Shown here: piece after piece, positions 1-11,385 of the stretch | How positions within the stretch are numbered: position 1 is the stretch's first letter | Layout: each line of letters opens with the position of its first letter | Assembly: GCA_049579665.1 (NCBI GenBank) | Contig: JBAUOI010000214.1 | Location: 1 to 32,069 of the forward strand | DNA: 32,069 nt | Source: Methyloceanibacter sp. | Lineage (GTDB): Bacteria; Pseudomonadota; Alphaproteobacteria; Rhizobiales; Methyloligellaceae | Direction of reading: 5' to 3' | Notes under the pieces: model-generated | What the model saw: the letters and a program-made list of their open reading frames with translations, nothing else | Told to the model about the DNA's origin: nothing | The model's database searches: none | Translations under genes and position numbers: made by a program

Positions 1-2
1 CC

Positions 3-1952
3 GCTTTGCTCGATCCCGAGATCAGGACCTATCTCGAAGCCGAGAATGCCTATTCAAAGGCCGTCATGGCCGACACCGAACAGATCCAAGCGAAGCTGTT
101 CGCCGAGATGAAGGGCCGCATCAAGGAAGATGACGCCGGCGTTCCGGCTCCGGATGGAGCTTTCACCTATTACAGCCGCTTCGTCGTCGGCGGGCAGCAC
201 CCGCTGTTCTGCCGCATGCCGCGCGCCGGCGGAGAAGAGCAGGTCCTGCTCGACGGCAACGCGCTCGCCAAGCCGCACGCTTATTTCCGCATCGCCGGCG
301 TCACGCACAGCCCCGACCACAGACTGATCGCCTACGCCGTCGATACCAAAGGCTCCGAATTCTACACGGTCGACATCATCGAGGCTGCGACCGGCGCTCT
401 CCTCGATTCCCGCATCGCCGACTCCAACGGCTCGCTGGAATGGGCGGCCGACAGCCGCACGCTGCTTTACGTCTGGCTCGATGACGAACATCGCCCTCGC
501 CGCGTGCTGCGGCATGTGATCGGCGCCGAGACCGGCGACGCCATCATCCACGAACAAGCCGACCCGGGAAATTTCCTCGGCCTCGGCGCGACCCAGGACC
601 GCCGCTTCCTTCTGCTCAGCGTGCACGATCATGAGACGGCCGAGATCAGCCTGATCGATGCCGCCGATCCGAGCGCGCCTCCGCGCCTCATCGCGCCGCG
701 CGAGCCCGAGCACGATTACTCGGCCGATCACCATGAGGGGCGGCTGATCATCCTGACGAATTCCAACGGCGCCGAGGATTATCGCATCGTCGAGGCTCCG
801 GCCGATGCGCCAGGGCGCGAGCATTGGCGGGAGATCGAGCCGCATAAGCCGGGACGGCTGATTCTCGATGCCGTCGCCTATAAGGACTTTCTTGTAAGGC
901 TCGAGCGCGAGGACGGATTGCCGCGCATCGTCGTGCGTCGCTTCGCCGACGGCGAGGAGCACGCCATCGCCTTCGCCGAGGAAGCCTATTCGCTAGGCAT
1001 TTCGCACGGCTACGAATACGACACGCCGACCTTGCGCTTCACCTACTCGTCGATGACGACACCGGCGCAAACCTTCGACTATGACATGAGCACGCGCGCG
1101 CGCGAGCTTCGCAAGACTCAAGAAGTTCCGAGCGGCCACGATCCGTCGCTCTACCTCACGCGTCGCGTCATGGCGCCGGCGAAGGACGGCGAGACGGTTC
1201 CGGTGTCGCTTCTCTATCGGAAGGAGACGAAGCTCAACGGCTCGGCGCCGCTCCTGCTCTATGGCTACGGCGCCTACGGCATGACCATCCCGGCCGGCTT
1301 CTCCACCAATGCGTTGAGTTTGGTCGATCGCGGCTTCGTCTACGCCATCGCCCATGTGCGCGGCGGCAAGGACAAGGGCTATCGCTGGTACAAGGACGGC
1401 AAGCGCGCGAAGAAGATCAACAGCTTCACCGACTTCATCGCGGCCGGCGAGTTCCTCGCCGCGAAAGGCTACACCTCGCGCGGGCGGATCGTCGCGCATG
1501 GCGGCAGCGCCGGCGGCATGCTGATGGGCGCGGTTGCCAATATGGCGCCCGATCTGTTTCTCGGCATCATCGCCGAAGTGCCGTTTGTCGACGTGCTCAC
1601 CACCATGCTCGATGCGAGCCTGCCGCTCACCCCACCCGAATGGCCGGAATGGGGCAACCCGATCGAGAGCGAGACCGACTATCGGACGATTGCCGCTTAT
1701 TCGCCTTACGACAATGTGCGCGCTGAACCCTACCCGCAAATTCTCGCGCTGGCCGGGCTGACCGATCCGCGAGTCACCTATTGGGAGCCGGCCAAGTGGG
1801 TGGCGAAGCTCCGCGAGCGCGGGCTCGGCGATCCGCTCATTCTGCTGCGCACCAATATGGAGGCTGGCCATGCCGGCGCGAGCGGCCGCTTCGAGCGGCT
1901 GAAAGAGGTCGCGCTCGCTTACGCTTTCGCGCTGAAAATCGTTGAGGCATGA
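3..1952 (+). CDS. ptrB: Oligopeptidase B / protease II (S9A prolyl oligopeptidase family), 5' end outside window
   Basis: Translated ORF has an N-terminal beta-propeller region, YGYGAYG, HVRGG, nucleophile motif GGSAGG, DPRV-YWEPAKW and GH, typical of PtrB. The frame is open from the window edge. Confidence 0.93.
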   Translation, partial: ALLDPEIRTYLEAENAYSKAVMADTEQIQAKLFAEMKGRIKEDDAGVPAPDGAFTYYSRFVVGGQHPLFCRMPRAGGEEQVLLDGNALAKPHAYFRIAGVTHSPDHRLIAYAVDTKGSEFYTVDIIEAATGALLDSRIADSNGSLEWAADSRTLLYVWLDDEHRPRRVLRHVIGAETGDAIIHEQADPGNFLGLGATQDRRFLLLSVHDHETAEISLIDAADPSAPPRLIAPREPEHDYSADHHEGRLIILTNSNGAEDYRIVEAPADAPGREHWREIEPHKPGRLILDAVAYKDFLVRLEREDGLPRIVVRRFADGEEHAIAFAEEAYSLGISHGYEYDTPTLRFTYSSMTTPAQTFDYDMSTRARELRKTQEVPSGHDPSLYLTRRVMAPAKDGETVPVSLLYRKETKLNGSAPLLLYGYGAYGMTIPAGFSTNALSLVDRGFVYAIAHVRGGKDKGYRWYKDGKRAKKINSFTDFIAAGEFLAAKGYTSRGRIVAHGGSAGGMLMGAVANMAPDLFLGIIAEVPFVDVLTTMLDASLPLTPPEWPEWGNPIESETDYRTIAAYSPYDNVRAEPYPQILALAGLTDPRVTYWEPAKWVAKLRERGLGDPLILLRTNMEAGHAGASGRFERLKEVALAYAFALKIVEA

Positions 1953-2004
1953 AGCGCTGACCGGGCTTTGCTAGAGCTGCGAATCCGGTCAAATTACCGT
2001 CGCC

Positions 2005-2559
2005 ATGCTCATCGCCCGGGACAAATCGCAACTCCTCATCGTCGACGTCCAGGACAAGCTGTTGGACGCGATTTCCGGCAAGGATCGCGTGGTCGAACGC
2101 TGCGTGCGGCTCGTGCGCGCGGCGAGAATGCTGCATGTGCCGATCACGCTGTCGGAGCAATATCCGCAAGGCTTGGGACCAACGGTCGACCCGATCCGCG
2201 AGGCCGCCGCTAATGCCGGCTTCGTGGTCGACAAGGTCGAATTCTCCTGCCTACGGAACGAGGCGTTGCGCGATCGCCTGCATGAGCTTCGCCGCCAGGG
2301 GCGACCGCAGGTCGTGATCGGCGGGATCGAGGCCCATGTCTGCGTGCTGCAAACCGCGATCGATCTCGAAGCGCAAGGCTTCGAGGCCTTCGTCGTCGCC
2401 GACGCCATCGGCTCGCGCTCCAAGATGAACCGCAAGCTCGCCATGACCCGTCTCGCCAAGGCGGGAGCCGATATCGTCGACAGTGAGATGGTGATGTTCG
2501 AATGGCTCGAGCGCGCCGGCACCCCCGAATTCAAGGAACTCCAGGCGCTCATCAAGTAA
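2005..2559 (+). CDS. Isochorismatase-family (cysteine hydrolase, YcaC/ISOC-like) protein
   Basis: Motifs LLIVDVQ, SEQYPQGLGPT, K-FS and GGIEAHVCV (catalytic Asp/Lys/Cys); 184 aa. Confidence 0.9.
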   Translation: MLIARDKSQLLIVDVQDKLLDAISGKDRVVERCVRLVRAARMLHVPITLSEQYPQGLGPTVDPIREAAANAGFVVDKVEFSCLRNEALRDRLHELRRQGRPQVVIGGIEAHVCVLQTAIDLEAQGFEAFVVADAIGSRSKMNRKLAMTRLAKAGADIVDSEMVMFEWLERAGTPEFKELQALIK

Positions 2560-2745
2560 ATGCCCGGCTGCCAGTCTGAACCGATCCTGCATTGCCGGTT
2601 CATCCTGGGTTCAGCCAGCATCCCGCAAAGTCGAAAACGTCAGATCCCTGTACTGATGTAGCGAACCTTCCTCGGCACCGGGCGCGGGGTTCAGGGGCTC
2701 CGCGCCCACCGGCCAAATCAAGAGCTTGGCTTGCCTCGTTGCAAC

Positions 2746-2770
2746 GGAACCTTTAGCTTTCGGCAGAATT
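2746..2770 (+). promoter_or_regulatory. Possible EcfG/RpoE2-type (general stress sigma) promoter of sodB
   Basis: GGAAC (2746-2750)-N18-TT (2769-2770), about 35 nt upstream of the sodB start. The -10 element is not the strict CGTT. Confidence 0.4.
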
Positions 2771-2803
2771 CTCCCACCTCTCACAACCTGCCGGAGCAAA
2801 GCC

Positions 2804-3406
2804 GTGGCCTTCGAACTTCCACCCCTGCCTTATGCCTATGAAGCGCTTCAGCCTTATATGTCGGCAGAAACGCTGCACTATCATCATGACAAGCACCACA
2901 AGGCTTATGTCGACAATTTGAACAAGCTGCTGCCGGGCTCGGGCTTCGAGGGCAAGAGCCTCGAAGACATCGTCAAGGCGAGCCATGGCAAGAATGCCGG
3001 CGTGTTCAACAATGCGGCCCAGGACTTCAACCACATCCATTTCTGGCCGTGGATGAAGAAAGAAGGGGGCGGCAAGAAAGTGCCGGGCGCTGTACTCGCG
3101 CTGATCGACCGCGATCTCGGCGGCTTCGACAAGTTCCGCACCGATTTCATCGAGGCCGGCAAGACGCAGTTCGGCTCGGGCTGGGCGTGGCTCGCCGTCA
3201 AGGACGGAAAGCTCAGCATTACCAAGACCCCGAACGGCGAGAATCCGCTGGTCACCGGCGGCTGGCCGTTGCTCGGCGTCGATGTCTGGGAGCACTCTTA
3301 TTACATCGACTATCGCAACGAGCGGCCGAAATATCTCGAAGCCTGGTTCGACAATCTCATCAACTGGGACCATGTCGAGGAGATGTTCGCATTGGCGCCC
3401 AAATAG
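2804..3406 (+). CDS. sodB: Superoxide dismutase, Fe/Mn family (Fe-type signature)
   Basis: GTG start at 2804 after GGAG (2793-2796). Motifs FELPPLPY, HHDKHH, FNNAAQ (Fe-type), FGSGWAWL and DVWEHSYY. Confidence 0.95.
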   Translation: MAFELPPLPYAYEALQPYMSAETLHYHHDKHHKAYVDNLNKLLPGSGFEGKSLEDIVKASHGKNAGVFNNAAQDFNHIHFWPWMKKEGGGKKVPGAVLALIDRDLGGFDKFRTDFIEAGKTQFGSGWAWLAVKDGKLSITKTPNGENPLVTGGWPLLGVDVWEHSYYIDYRNERPKYLEAWFDNLINWDHVEEMFALAPK

Positions 3407-3502
3407 CGCGCAAACTGCGTTCAATCGCCGTTCATTGATGCCTATGCGAGCCTGCGTTCCGAGCAGTTCGCGCCCAATTCCCCGGCTCGACCAATCACCG
3501 CT

Positions 3503-5368
3503 TTATCCCCGATTCGATTGCTCGGCGGCCTCGCTCGCCTCAAGCCAGCGATGCTCGGCCGAGGCGAGGTTGCGCTCGACCTCGGCGCGGATCTTCATCA
3601 GCTCGCTGACCGACGGCCCGCCATTTCCTTGCGGCGCGGCCAGCAGCGCATCGATCTCGGCGCGGCGCTTGGCGAGCCGTGCGATCTCGGCCTCGGCCTG
3701 GGTCACCGTCTTGCGCAGGGCCTGATTGCGCTCGCGCATCTCGGCTGACAGTCGCCGCTCCGCCTTGCGGTTGCCGCGCTTCGCGGGCGTCTCTCCGTCA
3801 TCGCCGCCTGCGGCAAGAATCGTGTCGCGATAATCGTCCAGCGTGCCGTCGAATTCCGTCGCCGTGCCGCCATCGACCAGCAGCAGCCGATCGGCGATCA
3901 GGCCCAGCAGATGCCGATCATGGCTGACCACCACCACCGCGCCGCCGAACTCGGCCAGCGCCTCGACCAGCGCGTCGCGCGCCTCGACGTCGAGATGGTT
4001 GGTCGGCTCATCGAGGATCAGAATATGCGGCGCCTCGCGGGTGATCAGCGCGAGCGACAGCCGCGCCCGCTCGCCGCCCGACAGTTGGCGCACCGCGACA
4101 TTGGCCTTGTCGCCGGAAAAGCCGAAGCGGCCGAGCTGCCCGCGCACCTCGCCGGGAGACGCATCAGGCAACAGGCTCTGCATATGTTGCAGCGGGGTCT
4201 CGTCGGGAACCAGCTCCTCGATCTGATGCTGGGCAAAATAGCCGACACGCAACTTGCTCGATGCGACGATCGCGCCGGCCTCCGGCCGCAATTGACCCGC
4301 AAGCAGCCGCGCCAAGGTCGTCTTGCCATTGCCGTTGCGGCCGACCAGCGCCACGCAGTCGTCGGGGTCGATGCGCAAATTCAAGCGCGACAGCACGGGC
4401 GCGCCGGGCACATAGCCGACGGCGACACCATCGAGCACGACCAGCGGGGGCTTGAGTTCCTTGGGGCTCGGAAAGTCGAACACCACGGAAGCGTCCTGCA
4501 CCGTCGCCGCGATCGGCTGCATCGCGGCGAGCGCCTTGAGCCGGCTTTGCGCCTGGCGCGCGGTATGCGCCTTGTAGCGCCAGCGATCGACATAGGCTTG
4601 CAGCTTCTTGGCCCTCGCCTCTTGCTTGCCGCGCATCGCCTCGGTCTGCGCCGCGCGTTCGCTCCTCTGCCGAGCGAAGGAATCGTAATTGCCGCGATAG
4701 AGCGTCAGCCCGCCGCGCTCGAGATGCAGGACGTGATCGGCGACATTGTTCAGAAGATCGCGCTCGTGGCTCACGACGATGAGACTGCCGCGATAAGATT
4801 TGAGGAACGCCTCCAGCCACACGGCAGCCTCGAGATCGAGATGGTTCGACGGCTCGTCGAGCAGCAGGAGATCGGGCTCTGAAAACAGCAGCGCCGCGAG
4901 CGCGACCCGCATCCGCCAGCCGCCGGAGAAGCTGTCGAGCGGCCGATGCTGCTGTTCTTCGGGAAAGCCAAGACCGGCGAGAATGCGCGAGGCGCGCGCT
5001 GGAGCGCCATGCGCGTCGATCGCGTTGAGCCGATCATGGATCTCGCCGATGCGATGTGGATCGTGCGCGTGCTCGGCTTCGACCAGCAGTTCCGCGCGCT
5101 CCTCAGCCGCAGCGAGCACGGTCTGGTAAGGGGTGGCTTGGCCGCCCGGGGCCTCTTGCGCGACATAGCCGATCCGGGTGCCCGACGGTGTCTCGACGCT
5201 GCCCTCGTCGGGCTCATGGACCCCGGCGATGACCTTGAGCAGCGTCGACTTGCCAGCGCCGTTGCGGCCGACCAGGCCGACATGCGCCTTCGGCGGCAGC
5301 GACGCGGAAGCGTGATCGAGAACGAGATGGCCGCCGAGCCGGAGCGTGATGCCGTCAAGCGTGAGCAT
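3503..5368 (-). CDS. ABC-F family ribosome-associated ATPase (YheS/Uup-like)
   Basis: Two ABC domains (GRNGAGKST, FSGGW, LLDEPSNHLD; GRNGNGKTT, LSGGE, ILDEPTNHLD), no TM segments, C-terminal coiled coil. Confidence 0.92.
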   Translation of the reverse strand: MLTLDGITLRLGGHLVLDHASASLPPKAHVGLVGRNGAGKSTLLKVIAGVHEPDEGSVETPSGTRIGYVAQEAPGGQATPYQTVLAAAEERAELLVEAEHAHDPHRIGEIHDRLNAIDAHGAPARASRILAGLGFPEEQQHRPLDSFSGGWRMRVALAALLFSEPDLLLLDEPSNHLDLEAAVWLEAFLKSYRGSLIVVSHERDLLNNVADHVLHLERGGLTLYRGNYDSFARQRSERAAQTEAMRGKQEARAKKLQAYVDRWRYKAHTARQAQSRLKALAAMQPIAATVQDASVVFDFPSPKELKPPLVVLDGVAVGYVPGAPVLSRLNLRIDPDDCVALVGRNGNGKTTLARLLAGQLRPEAGAIVASSKLRVGYFAQHQIEELVPDETPLQHMQSLLPDASPGEVRGQLGRFGFSGDKANVAVRQLSGGERARLSLALITREAPHILILDEPTNHLDVEARDALVEALAEFGGAVVVVSHDRHLLGLIADRLLLVDGGTATEFDGTLDDYRDTILAAGGDDGETPAKRGNRKAERRLSAEMRERNQALRKTVTQAEAEIARLAKRRAEIDALLAAPQGNGGPSVSELMKIRAEVERNLASAEHRWLEASEAAEQSNRG

Positions 5369-5403
5369 GGGAGATCAGTGTCGGATCGGCCAAGTTCGAG
5401 CTA

Positions 5404-7092
5404 CTACTGACGCTTCCGGCCGCCGAGTATTCCCCGCTCGTCGGGAACGCTCTTGAACGGAACATATTTGTCGTCGGTCGATGACCCTGGCTTTGATTTA
5501 TCGGACTCCTTCGGACTGGCTCCGCCACTGGTGTCGAGCGCGCCGAATCCGGTGAAGCCTCCGCCGCCGCGCCGGCCGCGACCCTTAAGCGCATCCGTCA
5601 GCACTTTCGTCGCCAATGGCACGCCGGTTCTGATGATGGTCTTGCCGAGCGTCGTCCAGAAACTGTCGCTGCGCGAAGAGCCGCCCGAGCTCGTCCTGGT
5701 CGCGGCCTTCTCGTCGGCACTGGCGGTTTTGGCCTCCGCCGCACCGTCGGTCCATTGTTGCAGACGCGCTTGGTCGGACGAGCTGTCGGCCGGTTGTTCC
5801 GGATATTCGACCGGGCTGGCGGCGATGACCTTGTTGCGCTCGGACTCGGTGATCGGTCCGACCCGAGAATTCGGCGGCCGCACCAGCGTGCGCTGGACCA
5901 CGCTCGGCTGGCCCTTTTCATCGAGCGTCGAGACGAGAGCCTCGCCGATACCAAGCTCCATGATCGCCTTTTCGGTATCGAAGGCAGGATTGCTGCGGAA
6001 GGTCGTCGCCGCAGCCTTAACCGCCTTCTGCTCCATCGGCGAGAAGGCGCGCAGTGCATGCTGGATGCGATTGCCAAGCTGGCGCGATACTGTGTCGGGA
6101 ATGTCGAGTGGGTTCTGCGTCACGAAATAGACGCCGACGCCTTTAGAACGGATCAAGCGCACGACCTGTTCCACCTTCTCGAGCAGCGCCTTCGGCGCAT
6201 CCTTGAACAGGAGATGCGCCTCGTCGAAGAAGAACACGAGCTTCGGCTTATCGGGATCGCCGACCTCGGGCATCTCCTCGAACAGCTCCGAGAGGAGGAA
6301 CAAAAGAAAGGTCGCATAGAGCCGCGGCGACTCCATGAGCTTCTCCGCCGCAAGCACGCTGATATAACCCTGCTTGCCGTCCTTCAGCATGAGGTCCTTG
6401 ATATTGAGCACAGGCTTGCCGAAGAAATGCGCGCCGCCTTGCCGGTCGAGCACGAGCAGCGAACGTTGGATCGAGCCAACCGAGGCCTTGGTGACATTGC
6501 CGTATTTCGTAGTGAGGGTGTCGGCGCGCGCGGCAAGCCCCTCGAGCAGGGTCTGCAAATTCGCGAGAGTGGACAGCGGCAGCTTTTCGTCGTCGGCGAT
6601 TTTGAAGGCGATATTGAGCACGCCTTCTTGCGCGTCGCTCAAATCCATCAGGCGGGAGAGAAGCAGCGGGCCCATCTCGGAAACGGTCGTGCGGATGGGC
6701 AGGCCTTGCTCGCCGAACAGGTCCCAGAAAATCACCGGGTAGGCGCGGAAATCTTGCGTGAAGTTGATGGCCTTGTCGCGCGCCTCGATCCAAGACTTCA
6801 TCTCGCCTTGTTCGGCCACGCCGGAGAGGTCGCCCTTGACGTCGGCGCAGAACACCGGGACTCCCTGGTCTGAGAAGCCCTCTGCCAAGCCTTGCAAGGT
6901 GACCGTCTTGCCGGTTCCCGTCGCGCCGGTAACCAGCCCATGGCGGTTGGCAAGTCGAAGCAGGATGGACTCCAGCTCTTTGAGGTCAGTGCTCTTGCCG
7001 ATATTGACTCGGCCGTCCGAGATCGCTTCGAACGGCTCATTTGTGCCGGATCCCGCATCATCCTTCGGCGCTGCCGCCTTGCGCTTCGCCAT
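5404..7092 (-). CDS. DUF853 / YjgR-family HerA-like ATPase
   Basis: [60 protein letters not shown]. Start taken as ATG 7092 because AGGAG lies upstream; tandem TAG TAG stop. Confidence 0.9.
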   Translation of the reverse strand: MAKRKAAAPKDDAGSGTNEPFEAISDGRVNIGKSTDLKELESILLRLANRHGLVTGATGTGKTVTLQGLAEGFSDQGVPVFCADVKGDLSGVAEQGEMKSWIEARDKAINFTQDFRAYPVIFWDLFGEQGLPIRTTVSEMGPLLLSRLMDLSDAQEGVLNIAFKIADDEKLPLSTLANLQTLLEGLAARADTLTTKYGNVTKASVGSIQRSLLVLDRQGGAHFFGKPVLNIKDLMLKDGKQGYISVLAAEKLMESPRLYATFLLFLLSELFEEMPEVGDPDKPKLVFFFDEAHLLFKDAPKALLEKVEQVVRLIRSKGVGVYFVTQNPLDIPDTVSRQLGNRIQHALRAFSPMEQKAVKAAATTFRSNPAFDTEKAIMELGIGEALVSTLDEKGQPSVVQRTLVRPPNSRVGPITESERNKVIAASPVEYPEQPADSSSDQARLQQWTDGAAEAKTASADEKAATRTSSGGSSRSDSFWTTLGKTIIRTGVPLATKVLTDALKGRGRRGGGGFTGFGALDTSGGASPKESDKSKPGSSTDDKYVPFKSVPDERGILGGRKRQ

Positions 7093-7243
7093 GCGTCGTC
7101 TCCTTGATTCCGGGCCGCACTCTAGCTTCTCCTGACGGCCCCGCAAAGTCGCGCTGGCCAGACCGGACCTTGCGCCGCACGGCTTCCGCGCAGGCAAAGC
7201 TGCGTGTTAGGAGGGGACTCAACTGGCTTAGGTCTTGACGCAA

Positions 7244-9067
7244 ATGGTGGAACTCTCTCTCGCCCGTGACTTCTCCCTCGCCGACGAGGCGGCGTGGAAG
7301 GCGCTCGTCGAAGAGGCACTGAAGGGCGCGCCCTTTGCCGCGCTCAGGTCCGAGACCTATGACGGCATCGTCATCGAGCCGCTTTACAAGCGCGCGCAAG
7401 AGGCCGCCCGCGTCGCGTGCCGGCCCGCGGGCCAGCCCTGGGCGGTCATGCAGCGGATCGATCTCGCCGATCCCAGAGCCGCCAATGCGCAGATCATCGA
7501 CGATTTGATGAATGGCGCGAGCGGCGAGACGCTGGTGTTCCAGGGGGCGATCGGCGATTACGGCTACGCCCTTCCGGCGACCGGCGCCGCGATCAGCGCC
7601 GCGCTCGACAATATCTATCTCGATGCCGGCGTCGCCATCGATCTCGATCTCAGCATGCAGTCGAAGGACGCTGCCGGCCTTCTCGCCACCCTGGTCAAGG
7701 CACGCGGGCTTGGCCCTAAGGAATGCACCATCCGCTTCGGCTTCGGCCCGCTCGGCGGCGTTGCCTTGCATGGGCAGAGCCCGCTGCCCTGGGAAGCCAT
7801 TGCGCCGATCTTTGCCGGACTCGTCGCTGATCTCGCGGGGCAAGGTTTCGCCGGTCCCTTTGCCGTCGCCGACGGCAGGGTGATCCATGCGGCCGGCGGA
7901 TCGGAGGCGCAGGAACTCGCCTTCACGCTTGCCTGCGCCGTGGCTTATCTCCGCGCGCTTGAGCAAAACGGCATCGCGCTCGATGACGCGCGCCGTTCCA
8001 TCTATTTTCGCCTCGCCGCCGACCAGGACCAGTTCCTGACCATCGCCAAGTTCCGCGCCATCAGGAAGTTGTGGGCGCGGGTCGAACAGGCGTGCGGGCT
8101 CAAGCCCCTCCCCGTCTTCGTCGCCGCCGAAACCGCCTGGCGCATGATGACCAAGCGCGATCCGCACGGCAACATCGTGCGCGGCACCATCGCCGCGCTT
8201 GGCGCCGCGGTCGGTGGCGCCGATGCCGTGACGGTCCTGCCGTTCAGCGCGGCGCTCGGCGTGCCTGATTCCTTCGCCCGGCGCATCGCGCGCAACACGC
8301 AGACGATTCTCATCGAGGAGGCGAATATCCATCGCGTCGCCGATCCGGCCGCAGGCTCCGGCGCCATCGAGGCGCTGACCGATGCGCTCTGTCGAACGGC
8401 ATGGTGGTTCTTTCAGAAGATCGAGAAGGCAGGCGGCGCCGCGGAAGCCTTGCAGACCGGATCGATCCAACGCGTCGTGGCGCGCATCCGGGCCGAGCGC
8501 GAGGCCAATGTCGCACGCCGCAAGGACACGCTGGTCGGCAGCAGCGACTTCCCCGATCTCGCCGAGGACAAGGTTGCCGTTCTGGCGCAGTCGCGGCTCG
8601 CGTCTCTCTCGACCAACGACGCGGCGCTGGCACCGATAAGGTTGGCCGAGCCGTTCGAGCGCCTGCGCGACCGCAGCGATCAGTATCTCGCGCAGCACGG
8701 CCATAGGCCCAAAGTGTTCCTTGCCTGTCTCGGACGCGCCGCTGATTTCAACGCGCGGGCGAGCTTTGCCAAGAGCCTGTTCGAGTCTGGCGGCATCGAA
8801 GCCGTGCAAGCAAACGGCGACAACCTCGCGAAACGATTCAAGGAATCGGGCGCGAAGCTTGCCTGCCTCTGCTCCTCGGATAAGCTCTATGAGCGCGAGA
8901 GCGCAAGCATCGCGAAGGCGCTGGCCGAAGCCGGGGCTTCGCGCGTCTATGTCGCCGGCAAGGCCGGAGCCAGCAAAGGCGAGCTCGAGCAGTCCGGCAT
9001 TAGCACCTTCCTTCACCAGGGCTGTGATACGCTTCAAGTCCTCAACGCCGCTTACGACGAGATTTGA
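7244..9067 (+). CDS. mutA: Methylmalonyl-CoA mutase small (beta, non-B12-binding) subunit
   Basis: MCM-like barrel motifs (GGSEAQELAF, IAKFRAIRKLW, RRIARNTQ, DPAAGS). The C-terminal domain lacks DxHxxG (reads LGRAADFNARASF). Directly upstream of the large subunit; start could also be TTG 7235. Confidence 0.88.
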   Translation: MVELSLARDFSLADEAAWKALVEEALKGAPFAALRSETYDGIVIEPLYKRAQEAARVACRPAGQPWAVMQRIDLADPRAANAQIIDDLMNGASGETLVFQGAIGDYGYALPATGAAISAALDNIYLDAGVAIDLDLSMQSKDAAGLLATLVKARGLGPKECTIRFGFGPLGGVALHGQSPLPWEAIAPIFAGLVADLAGQGFAGPFAVADGRVIHAAGGSEAQELAFTLACAVAYLRALEQNGIALDDARRSIYFRLAADQDQFLTIAKFRAIRKLWARVEQACGLKPLPVFVAAETAWRMMTKRDPHGNIVRGTIAALGAAVGGADAVTVLPFSAALGVPDSFARRIARNTQTILIEEANIHRVADPAAGSGAIEALTDALCRTAWWFFQKIEKAGGAAEALQTGSIQRVVARIRAEREANVARRKDTLVGSSDFPDLAEDKVAVLAQSRLASLSTNDAALAPIRLAEPFERLRDRSDQYLAQHGHRPKVFLACLGRAADFNARASFAKSLFESGGIEAVQANGDNLAKRFKESGAKLACLCSSDKLYERESASIAKALAEAGASRVYVAGKAGASKGELEQSGISTFLHQGCDTLQVLNAAYDEI

Positions 9068-9073
9068 TTGCTG

Positions 9074-11236
<2,163 letters not shown>

Positions 11237-11385
11237 TCTGCGACCATCGGTAGCTTCCGCCCGGCTCGCCCGCGGTCGGAAAACTGTCATGTCTCTCAAC
11301 TATCCGTCGCGACCAGGGCTATAACAGGCGCTGCGCGATGCGCTGAACCGGGCCTATGCGGCTCCGGCATTTGCGGGGGAATTGC

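Noticed and set aside
2726..2803. N-terminal extension of SOD as a possible signal peptide
   Set aside because: The RBS and family alignment point to GTG 2804; the extension overlaps the likely promoter.
5404..7092. HerA-like ATPase as part of an anti-phage system
   Set aside because: It is the widespread DUF853/YjgR type with no adjacent nuclease, SIR2 or other defence partner.
7093..7243. Possible cobalamin riboswitch upstream of the B12-dependent mutase
   Set aside because: The gap is short and I see no B12-box or conserved cobalamin riboswitch core.
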